From contig CAZHDZ010000002.1 in NCBI GenBank assembly GCA_964531275.1, positions 122,180 to 186,179 on the forward strand: 64,000 nt of DNA, in the 5' to 3' direction. This document shows, in pieces, positions 46,748 to 57,332 of the stretch; the first letter of the stretch is position 1; each line of letters opens with the position of its first letter. The translations under genes were made by a program, and so were the position numbers. Below the pieces are notes generated by a model. The model made no database searches and had not been told where the DNA came from. It saw only the letters and a program-made list of their open reading frames with translations. The stretch is from an uncultured Gammaproteobacteria bacterium. GTDB taxonomy: Bacteria; Patescibacteriota; Microgenomatia; Levybacterales; GWA1-39-11.

Positions 46748-48864
46748 ATGGCACCTTTAAAAATATTGTTCTTCAAATGTAAACCGTGCTTTGTCTTTGA
46801 CCAATGGTGTGGTGCAGTAATTAGCTTATATACAGCCATCCATGCAGCGGCACTCATGAGTAACCAATATATGGGCACAAAAAGAGCGTATTTAATAAGC
46901 GCATAGTGCCCATGCTTTGCGCATCCGATCATGTAGTAATACATGTAAAGGAAATTCCCACAGATGAGAGAAGCAATGCCAAGATAAAGAACAGGTACTG
47001 GGAATAATGATTCAATTATTGGACCAAATTGAGACCTAAATAAGAAATAGAGAATTGTTAGCATCCACATTGCGGGGTTAACAAACATTGAAAATATTTT
47101 GCCCCCAATAACCATTTGAAAAAACAAAAGATCAGGTTTTCTAAATGTACTTGAGAAATCTCCTGGTTTTCTCATGTGCAAGAAATACGTTTGAATGTAC
47201 CCTTTTATCCATCTCGTTCTTTGCCAAAACCAGTTATTTAAATCACTATTTGCTTCCTCTAGAGTTACTGAAGAAACTATGGCTGTTTTGAATCCTAATT
47301 TTGCGATTCTCATCCCTAGATCTGCGTCTTCTGTTACATTAAATGCATCCCAACCCTTCAACATCTTAAGATCTGAAGTTCTAAAGTGGTTTGAGGTTCC
47401 ACCTAATGGGATTGGAGCTTTTATAGATTGTAGGCCCGTAAGAACCAAATCAAACCATAGTGAATACTCGGCTGTAAACGCTTTTGTCAGAATATTTTGA
47501 TGGGGATTGTAAAAATTTAACTTAGCCTGTATGCACGCTGTTTTACGCCCTGCCCTCTCAAATGCAAGAACTGCTTTTTTAAGTTGCATAGGTTCTGGTG
47601 CATCTTCGGCATCAAAAATAACAACAAACTCTCCAGTCGCCCGAAGCAATCCATAATTACAAGCCTTTGGTTTTGTCTTTGGGAATGAATGAGGAACAAT
47701 AATTGCTTCAAAATATGAAGGTAGGTGAAGTTTTTCTATGTAAGAAAGGCTTTCAGTATCATCTTCCTCCAAGAGCAGCTGAACCTGCAACTTATTTTTT
47801 GGATAGTCTAACTTTGATATCGCTTGGGTAAATTGAGGGATTACCTGCCATTCTTTATAAAGCGGGCAAAGAATTGTGTACCTTGGGAGGCGTTCATCAT
47901 TGATTTCTGAAAGCGCTACATCTTCTATAACTATCTCTGCTGGATTTGCAAAGCTTCTTATGATTAAGAATAGGTTAAAAAGTAAATCCAGAAAATATAA
48001 TGTCGTTATAATCCCAACAAAGGAGATAAGAGCTAACTTCCAGTCTGAAGCAAAGGAATACACGCCAGCAGTTAGCATTAAGAGCATTAGTGTAATTTGT
48101 CTTTGATTGAATCTATAGAATGCACTTTCATCCTGAGGAAGCTCTGAGTAATGAACAAATTCTTTCCCGTCGTAATGAAATCCATTGCCTTTTTCTTTTG
48201 CAATTCGTGGGTGAAAAGGAATTACTACGTGTCCAAGAACTTTAAGACGCAACTTTTCCTTAACTAATGTCATTATCCCATGAAGGGTTCTATTGGCAGG
48301 TTTTTTGAAGAATCTTCTTGAAGTGTTGGCTTTGAAAGCAGTAACGATATAGCCGGCGTCTTTTGAACTTTGTATAAATTCAAAGTCAAAAATAGATGAA
48401 TTTAAATTTAAACGCTCATAAATTTCTCTCTTAAAAACAACTAAATCCAGCTGAAGATCTACACCTACTAATTTTCTCAAAAACCCCTTAGCTACTCTTT
48501 TATTGCTTGCGTAGACAATGTCGTTTGATTCCAACTCTTGTATCATTTGACTAACGATATCAATCGGGTATTTGCTTCCAAATTCCATTACGCAAATATT
48601 CTTATACGATGAATTTTTCAAACCTCTTTGAATGTTGTAACCACGACCCGGCTTTCCGTCTCTTTTTATTAACTTAATGGGATAATGGCTTAAGAAAACC
48701 CTCGTGTCCCACTCAGAACTTTCTGAAAATGTGTCGGCAACAAAAATTATTTCGTACGAGTCACGCTGACCATCAAACAAAGCGTCAATTTTAGTTACTA
48801 TTGACTCAAAACTTTTTCTGACGCCGGATACATGAACAATAAAGGAGGTTTTTGGAAGATTCAT
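46744..48864 (-). CDS. Processive GT2 copy 2 with a degenerate N-terminal DPM1-like GT2 domain
   Basis: C-terminal FDAED, TEDADLG and QRTRW. The N-terminal ~200 aa resemble that of 59670-62114 but lack DADLQ. Confidence 0.88.
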   Translation of the reverse strand: MNLPKTSFIVHVSGVRKSFESIVTKIDALFDGQRDSYEIIFVADTFSESSEWDTRVFLSHYPIKLIKRDGKPGRGYNIQRGLKNSSYKNICVMEFGSKYPIDIVSQMIQELESNDIVYASNKRVAKGFLRKLVGVDLQLDLVVFKREIYERLNLNSSIFDFEFIQSSKDAGYIVTAFKANTSRRFFKKPANRTLHGIMTLVKEKLRLKVLGHVVIPFHPRIAKEKGNGFHYDGKEFVHYSELPQDESAFYRFNQRQITLMLLMLTAGVYSFASDWKLALISFVGIITTLYFLDLLFNLFLIIRSFANPAEIVIEDVALSEINDERLPRYTILCPLYKEWQVIPQFTQAISKLDYPKNKLQVQLLLEEDDTESLSYIEKLHLPSYFEAIIVPHSFPKTKPKACNYGLLRATGEFVVIFDAEDAPEPMQLKKAVLAFERAGRKTACIQAKLNFYNPHQNILTKAFTAEYSLWFDLVLTGLQSIKAPIPLGGTSNHFRTSDLKMLKGWDAFNVTEDADLGMRIAKLGFKTAIVSSVTLEEANSDLNNWFWQRTRWIKGYIQTYFLHMRKPGDFSSTFRKPDLLFFQMVIGGKIFSMFVNPAMWMLTILYFLFRSQFGPIIESLFPVPVLYLGIASLICGNFLYMYYYMIGCAKHGHYALIKYALFVPIYWLLMSAAAWMAVYKLITAPHHWSKTKHGLHLKNNIFKGAI

Positions 48865-49043
48865 TTGATACCTCCTGTTCGTGATTTTATATATCGATTA
48901 AATTCAGCCCAGTCTATTCTGTAGGATTTACCGATTTTAACAGCGGGTATTTCTCCCGAATGAATGTACGAATAGATAGTAATAGGATTGAGTCGTAATA
49001 CTTGCGCTATTTCTTTAACTGTTTTGAAATTCTTATTAACCAT
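48861..49043 (-). CDS. Excisionase-like helix-turn-helix (HTH_17/BldC-like) protein
   Basis: TVKEIAQVLRLNPITIYSYIHSGEIPAVKIGKSYRI. Confidence 0.88.
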   Translation of the reverse strand: MVNKNFKTVKEIAQVLRLNPITIYSYIHSGEIPAVKIGKSYRIDWAEFNRYIKSRTGGIK

Positions 49044-49218
49044 TATAATTTAATATAGTATGATATATTTATATATAGTTACTATAACACTTAGCTTCAA
49101 AAAAGCAAGCTTTTTTATAGAGATATTGAGGTATTCATACAATTCTCTTACTTAATCCATGAACAATGAAAGCTATTCTAAATAGTCCAAATTCTGCTTG
49201 AAAATATCGAATTCCAGA

Positions 49219-49752
49219 CTAAGCCTGAGGTTTTGCCACAACAACAAATCTTTTAGAATCTAAAAAGCCTGTACACGTATAAATTGTTATCCTACTGTCG
49301 TTAGTGTTGTCGATTATGTACGTCTGAGATGGATTAACAGTTGCTGTATACTCAATAACGAATTTTTTCTTATAGCCGTTTTCCATAATTATGTAGACTG
49401 TTTGACCAGGTTTTACTTTTGGAAGATCTGCCAAAAGATAATTCCAGTTGTGACCATACATCACACTGTTCCCTTTTTGTCCTGGTAGAGGTGATGAAGA
49501 CAAGTATGAGACCCCTTGGTTGCTTGTTTCCCACATATTCCCTTTTGTAATAGCAGGAATAATAGGCAAATTAACTTTTATAGACGGAATCTCTATTCTT
49601 TGAGGAGCTTCAAAACTAAGAACATTGACGGAAGTAGGAGCTTTTTCAAAGGACAATAAGTATGGAGAATGACGAAGAAAGAAAAGATAACAACTAAAGA
49701 TAAGAAAACCTAAGCCTAATAATAGTATGAGATTGGGAATTAAGTTTCTCAT
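49219..49752 (-). CDS. Sortase
   Basis: N-terminal TM, IPSI.V, PGQKGN.VMYGHN, TIYTC and KRFVV (His/Cys/Arg triad). Confidence 0.9.
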   Translation of the reverse strand: MRNLIPNLILLLGLGFLIFSCYLFFLRHSPYLLSFEKAPTSVNVLSFEAPQRIEIPSIKVNLPIIPAITKGNMWETSNQGVSYLSSSPLPGQKGNSVMYGHNWNYLLADLPKVKPGQTVYIIMENGYKKKFVIEYTATVNPSQTYIIDNTNDSRITIYTCTGFLDSKRFVVVAKPQA

Positions 49753-49763
49753 AAAAAGAAATC

Positions 49764-50363
49764 TTAATTTGAACGAGTTTTTAATCGAAGAATGAGTCCT
49801 GTTATCGTAAGCAATACACCAACTGTGAAGATTTCAGCTATGAAAAGCATGTTTCCTGTTGAAGCCAAATTGGTTCCTTGAGCAGACTGAACAATAGAGC
49901 CTTTGCCGTCACTTCTTCCATCAGTTCTACCATCGGTTCTACCATCAGTTCTTCCATCTCCTCCGCTCGTACTAGATGCAGAGCATGTATAATTCTTATT
50001 TTGAGCTAGATACGGGACATCCGAAAGTCCCCATGCCTCTCCGCTAGGAACAAATATCCACCCCTGACTTTGATATACCTTAATTTCATCTTCAGTTAGA
50101 TTTCCGATTTTCATCCAGTTTGTTTGGATACCAGCACCATCACTTCCACAAAAACATTGCATTGCATTTTCGCCTTCAGCATATACAACATCTTTTCCTA
50201 TTTTTGATCCAATACCAACTATGCCATGGGTGCCATCCTGATAATTTGCAATAACTGTTCCAGTTGGAACAAGACAAGAAGTGAAAGAATCTTGTGCAAA
50301 AGCAGGTTTTGTCAACGCAAGAACACAGGCTGCTAAAAATGATAAGAGAAGCAATTTATTCAT
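49764..50363 (-). CDS. Putative sortase substrate (LASTG + TM + basic tail)
   Basis: Signal peptide, Cys-containing domain, DGRT repeats, then LASTG-NMLFIAEIFTVGVLLTITGLIL-RLKTRSN. Confidence 0.8.
   Translation of the reverse strand: MNKLLLLSFLAACVLALTKPAFAQDSFTSCLVPTGTVIANYQDGTHGIVGIGSKIGKDVVYAEGENAMQCFCGSDGAGIQTNWMKIGNLTEDEIKVYQSQGWIFVPSGEAWGLSDVPYLAQNKNYTCSASSTSGGDGRTDGRTDGRTDGRSDGKGSIVQSAQGTNLASTGNMLFIAEIFTVGVLLTITGLILRLKTRSN
49911..49958 (-). repeat. 12-bp coding repeat, DGR(T/S) x4
   Basis: GATGGWAGAAC(T/C) units within the sortase substrate. Confidence 0.85.
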
Positions 50364-50374
50364 ATCGAAGCAGT

Positions 50375-50403
50375 AGTATAGTATATTACTCTGGGCTTGT
50401 CAA
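50375..50403 (-). promoter_or_regulatory. Sigma70 promoter of the substrate-sortase pair
   Basis: TTGACA - 17 nt - TATACT. Confidence 0.8.
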
Positions 50404-50431
50404 CAAGTATATTGCTAGCCTAATTTCTCAA

Positions 50432-51373
50432 TTATAGAGACGTCTCAAGAGGCACAAGAGGCATTGTAATCGCTTGTAAATATGTTAGTGCTGAATGTAA
50501 TTGTCCCAACAACATATAAGCAAGAATTCTCATTGAAAATCCCAAATAAAGAAAAGCTACAACCAACCCCAAAGTGCTTGGATGATGCTTCTTCTGATAA
50601 TATTTAATGCCCTGAATTTGACGTTGCAATATATACAATTTGTGGAATTTCTTGTCTGTAGAAGCACCACAAAGGTGCGTTGAGGTAAATTTAGGCGTAA
50701 ACATAAACTTAAATCCTGCATCATGAATTCTTTTACACCATTCTAGATCGTCCATATAAAGAAATATTCTTTCGTCATTCCCTCCAGTTTTTTCAAACAC
50801 TTTATACTTTAAAAAGTAGAAGCATGTTGGTGCCCACTCTACCTGCAAATCCTTTTTGTATAGTTCTTCTTTGTAACCATAAATTTTACTTATTCTGTCC
50901 TTAATAAAAGGAATACTTTCAAAACCTAATAGCCAAAAAATGGTTCTTCTAGGTGTAGGTAGATACCCGCCATAAGTTTCAAATTTGTGCTCGGCATTGA
51001 ATAATTTACAAATCATCAAATCAGTATCTGGGTTCTTTTCCATGTAATTAAAAGAGTTGGCAATCGCATCTTCTTCAAGATACAAATCAGAATTTAATAA
51101 GAGTATAAAATCCGCATTTTTAGATGCTCTCATGCCAACGTTATATCCGATCGAAACCCCAGCATTTGTAGGATTAATTATTAAAGTTACTTGAGGGTAT
51201 TTTGACTTGATCATTTCAACACTTCCATCCGAGGAAGCATTATCAACAACTATAATTTCTGCCTTGTGCTTACTTGTCTTCTGACAATACGCAACGGCAC
51301 TTAACGCTTTTTGTATGCAAACGTCAGTAATGTCTCTTGTGTTGTAGTTAAGAATTACGAGTGATACTTTCAT
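50432..51373 (-). CDS. GT2 glycosyltransferase (WbbL/rhamnosyltransferase-like)
   Basis: ILNYN, VDNASSDGS, LLNSD and DERIFLYMDDLEWC.R. Confidence 0.88.
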   Translation of the reverse strand: MKVSLVILNYNTRDITDVCIQKALSAVAYCQKTSKHKAEIIVVDNASSDGSVEMIKSKYPQVTLIINPTNAGVSIGYNVGMRASKNADFILLLNSDLYLEEDAIANSFNYMEKNPDTDLMICKLFNAEHKFETYGGYLPTPRRTIFWLLGFESIPFIKDRISKIYGYKEELYKKDLQVEWAPTCFYFLKYKVFEKTGGNDERIFLYMDDLEWCKRIHDAGFKFMFTPKFTSTHLCGASTDKKFHKLYILQRQIQGIKYYQKKHHPSTLGLVVAFLYLGFSMRILAYMLLGQLHSALTYLQAITMPLVPLETSL

Positions 51374-51374
51374 A

Positions 51375-52376
51375 TTATTTTTCATTGACCTCCTGATAGA
51401 ATGTCTTAAGCTCCAATGCAGCTGCCTTAGGCATCCCATCTTTTGTCCAGATTTCAGTTGATCCGCCAGTATTTATCCAGTAATTAAGTCCAATAACATT
51501 TGGGTTTTCGGACAATAAATCCAAGACTTCTTTTACCCATTCTGCCTGCTCCACTTCGCTCATATTTCCATTAATATCAGGTATGGGCGCGCCAAACTCT
51601 CCTAGAATAACTTTCCCTCCGCTCATTTTTGCAATTTTTGTTATATCAGAATTTAATTGTGTAGGGCTTTTGACATAGTGGTCTATCGTTACAATTCCCC
51701 CCATTTTTTCTGTGGTATTTCGATCCATAACAAGCTTTGCAATGTCAAAATTCATAGAACTGTAATTTGATGCCACTTTCTTTCCTATTTTTTCAAACTC
51801 TTGTGTTGTTGCGTTGTATTCATCGATAAGAAATTTTCTGTGTCCATTGACATCTCCGTTCTGTCTAGGGTCACCAGGCCCTCCATTTTCACATTCAGGG
51901 CACGGAGAAAATACGTCGCCATCTTCAAAGAGTTCAGAATTAGTTCTGATGAACTCTCTTGTCAACTTAAGATGTTGTGCCCTATCAATCTTCGAATACC
52001 CAAACCAACCTTCCCATCCAGAAAAATTTCCACGAAACCACACTTTTAATTTATTCTCGCGAGCAATTTTAACCCAACGTCGCAAGATAGGAAGAAATTC
52101 TGAGTCATATGGAGTGGCAATCCCCACGTGAGTTGCTCCAATTTCTGCTATTTCCTTTACCTGAAGCTCTATAGTCTTATTAAATGATTCATCATTCAAC
52201 TTTTCTCGAGATAGATCTCTTGAGTACTTCATTGTATCAACGGATTCAAACTTCCATCGGTTCTCCGCAGGCTTAAGATAGTTATAGGCAAAATATAGAG
52301 ATATAGCTATTAGAATTACCCCTACTGTAATAAGACCTGAAGCAAAATGTTTTTTATGTTGTGGCTGTATATCCAT
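51375..52376 (-). CDS. Membrane-anchored putative glycoside hydrolase (clan GH-A-like TIM barrel)
   Basis: N-terminal TM, WFRG..SGWEGW, ECENG, IDHY, LGEFG and NYW. Confidence 0.55.
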   Translation of the reverse strand: MDIQPQHKKHFASGLITVGVILIAISLYFAYNYLKPAENRWKFESVDTMKYSRDLSREKLNDESFNKTIELQVKEIAEIGATHVGIATPYDSEFLPILRRWVKIARENKLKVWFRGNFSGWEGWFGYSKIDRAQHLKLTREFIRTNSELFEDGDVFSPCPECENGGPGDPRQNGDVNGHRKFLIDEYNATTQEFEKIGKKVASNYSSMNFDIAKLVMDRNTTEKMGGIVTIDHYVKSPTQLNSDITKIAKMSGGKVILGEFGAPIPDINGNMSEVEQAEWVKEVLDLLSENPNVIGLNYWINTGGSTEIWTKDGMPKAAALELKTFYQEVNEK

Positions 52377-52377
52377 A

Positions 52378-54006
52378 TTATCTTTGTGGCCCAAGAGAAG
52401 CCTCTGTATTAAGGTTCTTTACATATTCCTTCTTTAATTGATAAATGTCTGCAAATGGGTAGCTTCCCACCTTGTCATATCTTGCAAGACCACTATTATC
52501 TTTAAGGAGTTTGAATGTTTGATCATTTAAATCATTGGTTCTCATAATAATCCACCTCGCCCATCTGTCAGGTGAAGAAGTTGCAGCCAACCAGTAATTG
52601 CCAGTACCTTCATGAATAAATTTCTTCATAGGATATCCTGATGAGAAAATTATCGCGTCATGAGATGCCGCAGATATTAATATAAAACCGTCATCCCCTG
52701 CATTATTCTTGAGCCATCCCGAAACCTCAGAAACATTTTTTTGACTTGAACCAACCTGAGCATCATCAATTGTTACTGCATCATGATTAACAAATGTAAA
52801 GAAGGCTACAAATAAAAGAATCCCAATAATAAGAAGCTTCATCTTCTGAGCTCTCCCGATTAGATAACCTATAAATATTGCGATTGATGGCATAAGCATA
52901 AGACCATATCGCACGTTGAACCAAGTATTACCGGATAAACCTTGAATAAAAAGCACAGACTGTCCCATAAAAAGTGCGAGGATATTAAAAACTAGAGGAG
53001 CAAAAAGAGCTAATGCCGCAATTTTATAGGCTGTTTTAATTTTCTTGTCTAAGTAAAAAACAATTGCACCAATTGCTCCAAGTACAAGCACGAGAGCATT
53101 GGAGTTATATGCGAGAGCATACAAATATACCTGAGTAGAAAATATTATATTTTTCTTAGTTTCTAGATTGCCTGCGGCCTCAAGCTGCAACTGCTGTGCG
53201 TAAGCGGAATAAGGACCATAAATGAAGTAAAGTGGATCTTTAAAAATTATAAGATTCCATAAAAGCCACAGCACTACACCTAAAGCACCAACAGTAGCAA
53301 AGAATAGAAATCTTGCCTCGGCCCCCCTAAATCCAATTTTCTTGTACGTATAAATCGTAACGATAATAGTTGAAACGGCAAGCAAGAACCATCCATCATA
53401 ACGAATTAATGTAGAAAGCATAACCCAGAATGAAGCTTTTATTAATGAAAGAAGTTTCTCGCTTTTAAAGAAGTTGAGTAATTCAAAGCAAGCTGCTGTC
53501 ATAGTAGCAAGTAGCAAAAGTTCAGTCATTGCAGTTGATTGCATGTATAACACGTTAATATTTGCTAAAAATACGGCAACCGCGACAACTCTCCCAAGAA
53601 CATTTACATTTAACCTTTTTAGGTAGTAATAAATTAAACCGCCGGTTGCTACAAAAGAAATCATTGATTGCAATGCGCCCGAAAGTCCCGAATGCCACAT
53701 AAAGTCGTTCCAAATCGTTGGAATCATAAGTAAATGAGGCAAAGGAAGCCATACAGATCCTAACTGCGCAAGCCCAGGCTTAAGTCCTTCAACAGCACGA
53801 CGTCCAATATCCAAATGTGATCTGGCATCGTTATAAGAAAGACCTAATCCATTTTGTAAGTAAAAATAAAATGCACCAATAGATATCAAGGAAAGGACCA
53901 GCATGAGAAACACAATCCCGTAGCGATTTACAACATTCTTCCCTTTTGCAATTAACTCACTTGGGACAGTTATAGAAATTGTTGGATCGAAGAATTTCTT
54001 AAGCAT
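52378..54006 (-). CDS. GT-C (PMT/ArnT-like) membrane glycosyltransferase, copy 3
   Basis: YNDARSH, GSVWLPLPH, RYDGW, GPYSAYAQQ, WFNVRYG and FIHEGTGNYW, closely matching the N-terminus of 36919. Confidence 0.82.
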   Translation of the reverse strand: MLKKFFDPTISITVPSELIAKGKNVVNRYGIVFLMLVLSLISIGAFYFYLQNGLGLSYNDARSHLDIGRRAVEGLKPGLAQLGSVWLPLPHLLMIPTIWNDFMWHSGLSGALQSMISFVATGGLIYYYLKRLNVNVLGRVVAVAVFLANINVLYMQSTAMTELLLLATMTAACFELLNFFKSEKLLSLIKASFWVMLSTLIRYDGWFLLAVSTIIVTIYTYKKIGFRGAEARFLFFATVGALGVVLWLLWNLIIFKDPLYFIYGPYSAYAQQLQLEAAGNLETKKNIIFSTQVYLYALAYNSNALVLVLGAIGAIVFYLDKKIKTAYKIAALALFAPLVFNILALFMGQSVLFIQGLSGNTWFNVRYGLMLMPSIAIFIGYLIGRAQKMKLLIIGILLFVAFFTFVNHDAVTIDDAQVGSSQKNVSEVSGWLKNNAGDDGFILISAASHDAIIFSSGYPMKKFIHEGTGNYWLAATSSPDRWARWIIMRTNDLNDQTFKLLKDNSGLARYDKVGSYPFADIYQLKKEYVKNLNTEASLGPQR

Positions 54007-55540
54007 GTACCCTCCTTGCTTTAAATGTAAATATAAATATCAGAACTAAAATAGGTGCAGTAAGTAAGGCATAGAAGAGTGTTGGACTTATAAAGTTTTT
54101 TAAAAGGGAGTTGTAGACAAAAGATTTTGAATTACCTGAAAGCACAAAATTTAAATTGCGGTCTATTGAGTACCTCTGAACTTTACCTGTTTGCTTTTCT
54201 AATGCCAAGACCTGAACCTTTGGAGGGTTTGCACTTGAGCTAATTGCTCCCAACGCATTAACAGAAATAGAATAAGAAGCCATAACCAAAAATAAAATTA
54301 AAAAACTTTTTTTCTTAACATACTCAGTAATTGCTTGAGCAAGCAAAATTGAGAGGATAGCATATGCAGGTATTAGATAACGAGAACCAAATGCCCATCC
54401 TCCCCATGGATCTCCCCATAGCGAATAAAGAACTACATTCATAACAGCAATAGAAACAAGGAGATTCACTTCTTTTTGTCTTTTCTTCCAGACTGCAAAT
54501 ATACCCAAAATCCCAAGAAGCATAATTGGCGTAAAATAAACGATTCCACGATCAGGACTTAAGAAGTGTATATAAAATCCATTGAGAAGATTTCTTGTTC
54601 TAAAGAATCCTGTTGCCGTCTTGTCTTGATTCCGATCTCCTGCAACTATTTCCTGCACAGGCTGATCTACTACAAGATTTGAAGTCGTTGGCTTTCCAGC
54701 AGCATTAATAGCAGCAACAGAATCAATCGTTCCAGATAACTGCAACGGCTTATTATATGAACCCAGACTGAACCACACATAAAATGCCAGTGGAATAAGA
54801 ACTACTAACGGGGTGAGTATTGAAAGTAGATGTAAAGAGATAGTAAATCCCTTTTTCTCCATTTTTCCCCAAATTATTCTTCCTGTTGCCCAGAGAGCAA
54901 TAGGCAACATGAGAACTAAATTAGGATAATCAACAGGTACGGAAACGGCTAATAAAAACCACACCCCAGCTAAGCTAGCAAAATTCTTCCATCTCAGCAA
55001 TAAATAAACAGACAAGAGAATTAAGAAAAGAGAAATGTGATGCTGATATAAAGTTACTGCATAAGTAAATGCAGGTGTTGCAAAAAGAAATAGTGCGCTC
55101 GCGGCCAAGGAGGCGTAGATGTTAGCGCCAAGAATTCTCGCTATTTTTACTATTAAGAATGCGTTAATAAGAGCAAATAACGCAATTATTGCGACCGTCC
55201 CAACCTGGGCGATGCCCAAAACCCTACCTAATAAGTAGCCTGGCATTGCAATAAAAGAAACCCCAGGGGCAAAAAGGGAAACATAATTTCCATTTGTGTA
55301 ACCTAAATCGGGAGTTGCAAACTTAGCAACAGGAAGACGGAATATAAGAGAATTGTCCTCAATGTATGAATATAACAACGCAAATCTTCCTCTCTCTGGA
55401 GAAAGCTCGAAAGGGCCAAATTCTTTCCATTTTGGTGTGTTAAGATCATTGGATGTAGGATTACCTGATATTCCCCTAAGAGAAACCAGAAGTACTAAGG
55501 CAAAGAGAATAAACGTACTGATAAAAATTAATTTACGCAT
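53999..55540 (-). CDS. GT-C-like polytopic membrane protein (paralogue of 35505-36932)
   Basis: ERGRFAL, NGNYVSLFAPG, RGIVYFTP and WGGWAFGSRYL. Confidence 0.7.
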   Translation of the reverse strand: MRKLIFISTFILFALVLLVSLRGISGNPTSNDLNTPKWKEFGPFELSPERGRFALLYSYIEDNSLIFRLPVAKFATPDLGYTNGNYVSLFAPGVSFIAMPGYLLGRVLGIAQVGTVAIIALFALINAFLIVKIARILGANIYASLAASALFLFATPAFTYAVTLYQHHISLFLILLSVYLLLRWKNFASLAGVWFLLAVSVPVDYPNLVLMLPIALWATGRIIWGKMEKKGFTISLHLLSILTPLVVLIPLAFYVWFSLGSYNKPLQLSGTIDSVAAINAAGKPTTSNLVVDQPVQEIVAGDRNQDKTATGFFRTRNLLNGFYIHFLSPDRGIVYFTPIMLLGILGIFAVWKKRQKEVNLLVSIAVMNVVLYSLWGDPWGGWAFGSRYLIPAYAILSILLAQAITEYVKKKSFLILFLVMASYSISVNALGAISSSANPPKVQVLALEKQTGKVQRYSIDRNLNFVLSGNSKSFVYNSLLKNFISPTLFYALLTAPILVLIFIFTFKARRVHA

Positions 55541-55541
55541 A

Positions 55542-56579
55542 TTATTTTTTTAAAGAAACCAGCTTTCTGTAATTGCTATAAAACAGCCTATTGCTAACTA
55601 ATTTTTTTCTCAATTTGGATAGATTGACAAGCAAAATTCTTGCAGCAAGATTATTGGTGTAGTAAATATCATATTGCATTTTTGAGATGCTAGTAAAGCT
55701 TCTTTTTAACATGTCGTCTCCTCTACTAAAATCGAAAAGTTCCATTCCTTCTTTGTGCAGACCCTCAAATAACGAATATGCAAGAATTTTCCCTGGTGTT
55801 AGGAAAGCATAAGAATTGTTAAAAGATTTATTTATACCATGGTATATTTTTCCCGATCTTACTCCTATTTCGTATGCAATTGGCTTTTTTTTGTAATAAA
55901 GAACATTCATCCCAATATTGTCTCTCCCATTTTTTACTAAGCTGGCAAAAAACGCCCTATTCAGCGGATTATTAAATGTTCCTATGTTCTTTTTTTGTCT
56001 ATAGCTAATTCTGTCTATCTTCATGGCAATTTTTAGAGACTGAACGCTACCTCTATTCATCTCGAATGAAATATCACGTCCGTATTCTTCATAAACTTTC
56101 TTAATTTTTCTCATGTTCTTACTTTTAACAAATCTGAAAGGATTATTTTCAAAGGGCAGTTGGAGATTTACGCCAGTCTCGAGTTTTTCAATGCCTCGCT
56201 GTGAAAATAAACTAGCTAGATCTTCTGGGACCTCAGTCAGAACAAAAGAGCCTTTAGCCTTCAGGGCATTAAAAAGTGTATTAATAGTCGCCGTCTCATA
56301 TTTATCGATAAGAAGTGCACTTCTATCAACAAAAAGCCCACCAGGGTTTGTATAGAAAGAAATACCAAACTTCTTTACCAAAACAAGAGGCAATAAGGCT
56401 TTTAGCTTGTTTTTATGTCGTATGCAGATTATTACGGGTTTTAAATCAGGATATACTTCACTACATATCTGAAACCACACATATGAATTGAAGAAATGAG
56501 CACATACTGAGCTATCCCACAGGGATTTCCATTCTTCTATTAAGCTTTCGTTTATAAATTCAATATATTCGATTTTCAT
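55542..56579 (-). CDS. CelD/BcsL-like GNAT-fold protein
   Basis: EWKSLW...FFNSY.W, LLPL, PGKIL and FDFSRGD...KR. Confidence 0.8.
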   Translation of the reverse strand: MKIEYIEFINESLIEEWKSLWDSSVCAHFFNSYVWFQICSEVYPDLKPVIICIRHKNKLKALLPLVLVKKFGISFYTNPGGLFVDRSALLIDKYETATINTLFNALKAKGSFVLTEVPEDLASLFSQRGIEKLETGVNLQLPFENNPFRFVKSKNMRKIKKVYEEYGRDISFEMNRGSVQSLKIAMKIDRISYRQKKNIGTFNNPLNRAFFASLVKNGRDNIGMNVLYYKKKPIAYEIGVRSGKIYHGINKSFNNSYAFLTPGKILAYSLFEGLHKEGMELFDFSRGDDMLKRSFTSISKMQYDIYYTNNLAARILLVNLSKLRKKLVSNRLFYSNYRKLVSLKK

Positions 56580-57331
56580 TATAGATTTGTAAAAAACACT
56601 TCATTCTTCTTCGGCATTTTTCCGGAAGGAAAGAGCAGATCAAATTGCGTTTTGTAGAGCTTTACAAGCTTTTCTTTTGCATCCCAATCTGTCTTGAATA
56701 CATATCTCTTGCCTTTTGCTGCGCGTTCAATATCAATCATGTTGTAGGGAAAATCTGACCAATAGATGACGTTATGAAAATCCTCAGAGGACTTAAATGT
56801 AAGAGTATGATCGACATGCCCACCTACAGCCAAAGGAGCAAATACATATGCATTCTTTTCAATGAAAGAGAGTTTATTTTTTATCAGGTCAACAGTTTTT
56901 ACATCTTGTTTTGCTATCTTTTTACCGATAATGTTCAATCTATATATCGGGTACATAACTGAAAATTCTGTTAGAAAAGTACTTAAGAATTTTTCTAGAA
57001 AATTTTGAGAGTACTTCTTTCTCCATAATGCCTCTGAAAATCCCAAATTCACTACATTTACTCCCATTCTTTTCATGACAATACTGTCTTCTACTACTCT
57101 TTCTTTGTAATACGAGTTTGCTGAGCTAAAACCCGCTCTTTGAGTAGATTTCTGGGCTGACAATGTACTCTTTCTCCCTGCTTTTGTAAAGATATTTATA
57201 ACCGTTACATTTGTTCTTTTTGTAAGTCTACTCATGAGTCCACCAGCTGAAAGCACCGCGTCATCTAAGTGTGGTGACAAAAAATAACAGTTAATCTTTT
57301 CTTTTTCAATTTTTTTAATAAGATTTTCCAT
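56579..57331 (-). CDS. PIG-L/LmbE family deacetylase
   Basis: SPHLDDA.LSAGG, R..ED, GGHVDH, DFPY and YKTQ. Confidence 0.88.
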   Translation of the reverse strand: MENLIKKIEKEKINCYFLSPHLDDAVLSAGGLMSRLTKRTNVTVINIFTKAGRKSTLSAQKSTQRAGFSSANSYYKERVVEDSIVMKRMGVNVVNLGFSEALWRKKYSQNFLEKFLSTFLTEFSVMYPIYRLNIIGKKIAKQDVKTVDLIKNKLSFIEKNAYVFAPLAVGGHVDHTLTFKSSEDFHNVIYWSDFPYNMIDIERAAKGKRYVFKTDWDAKEKLVKLYKTQFDLLFPSGKMPKKNEVFFTNL

Positions 57332-57332
57332 A

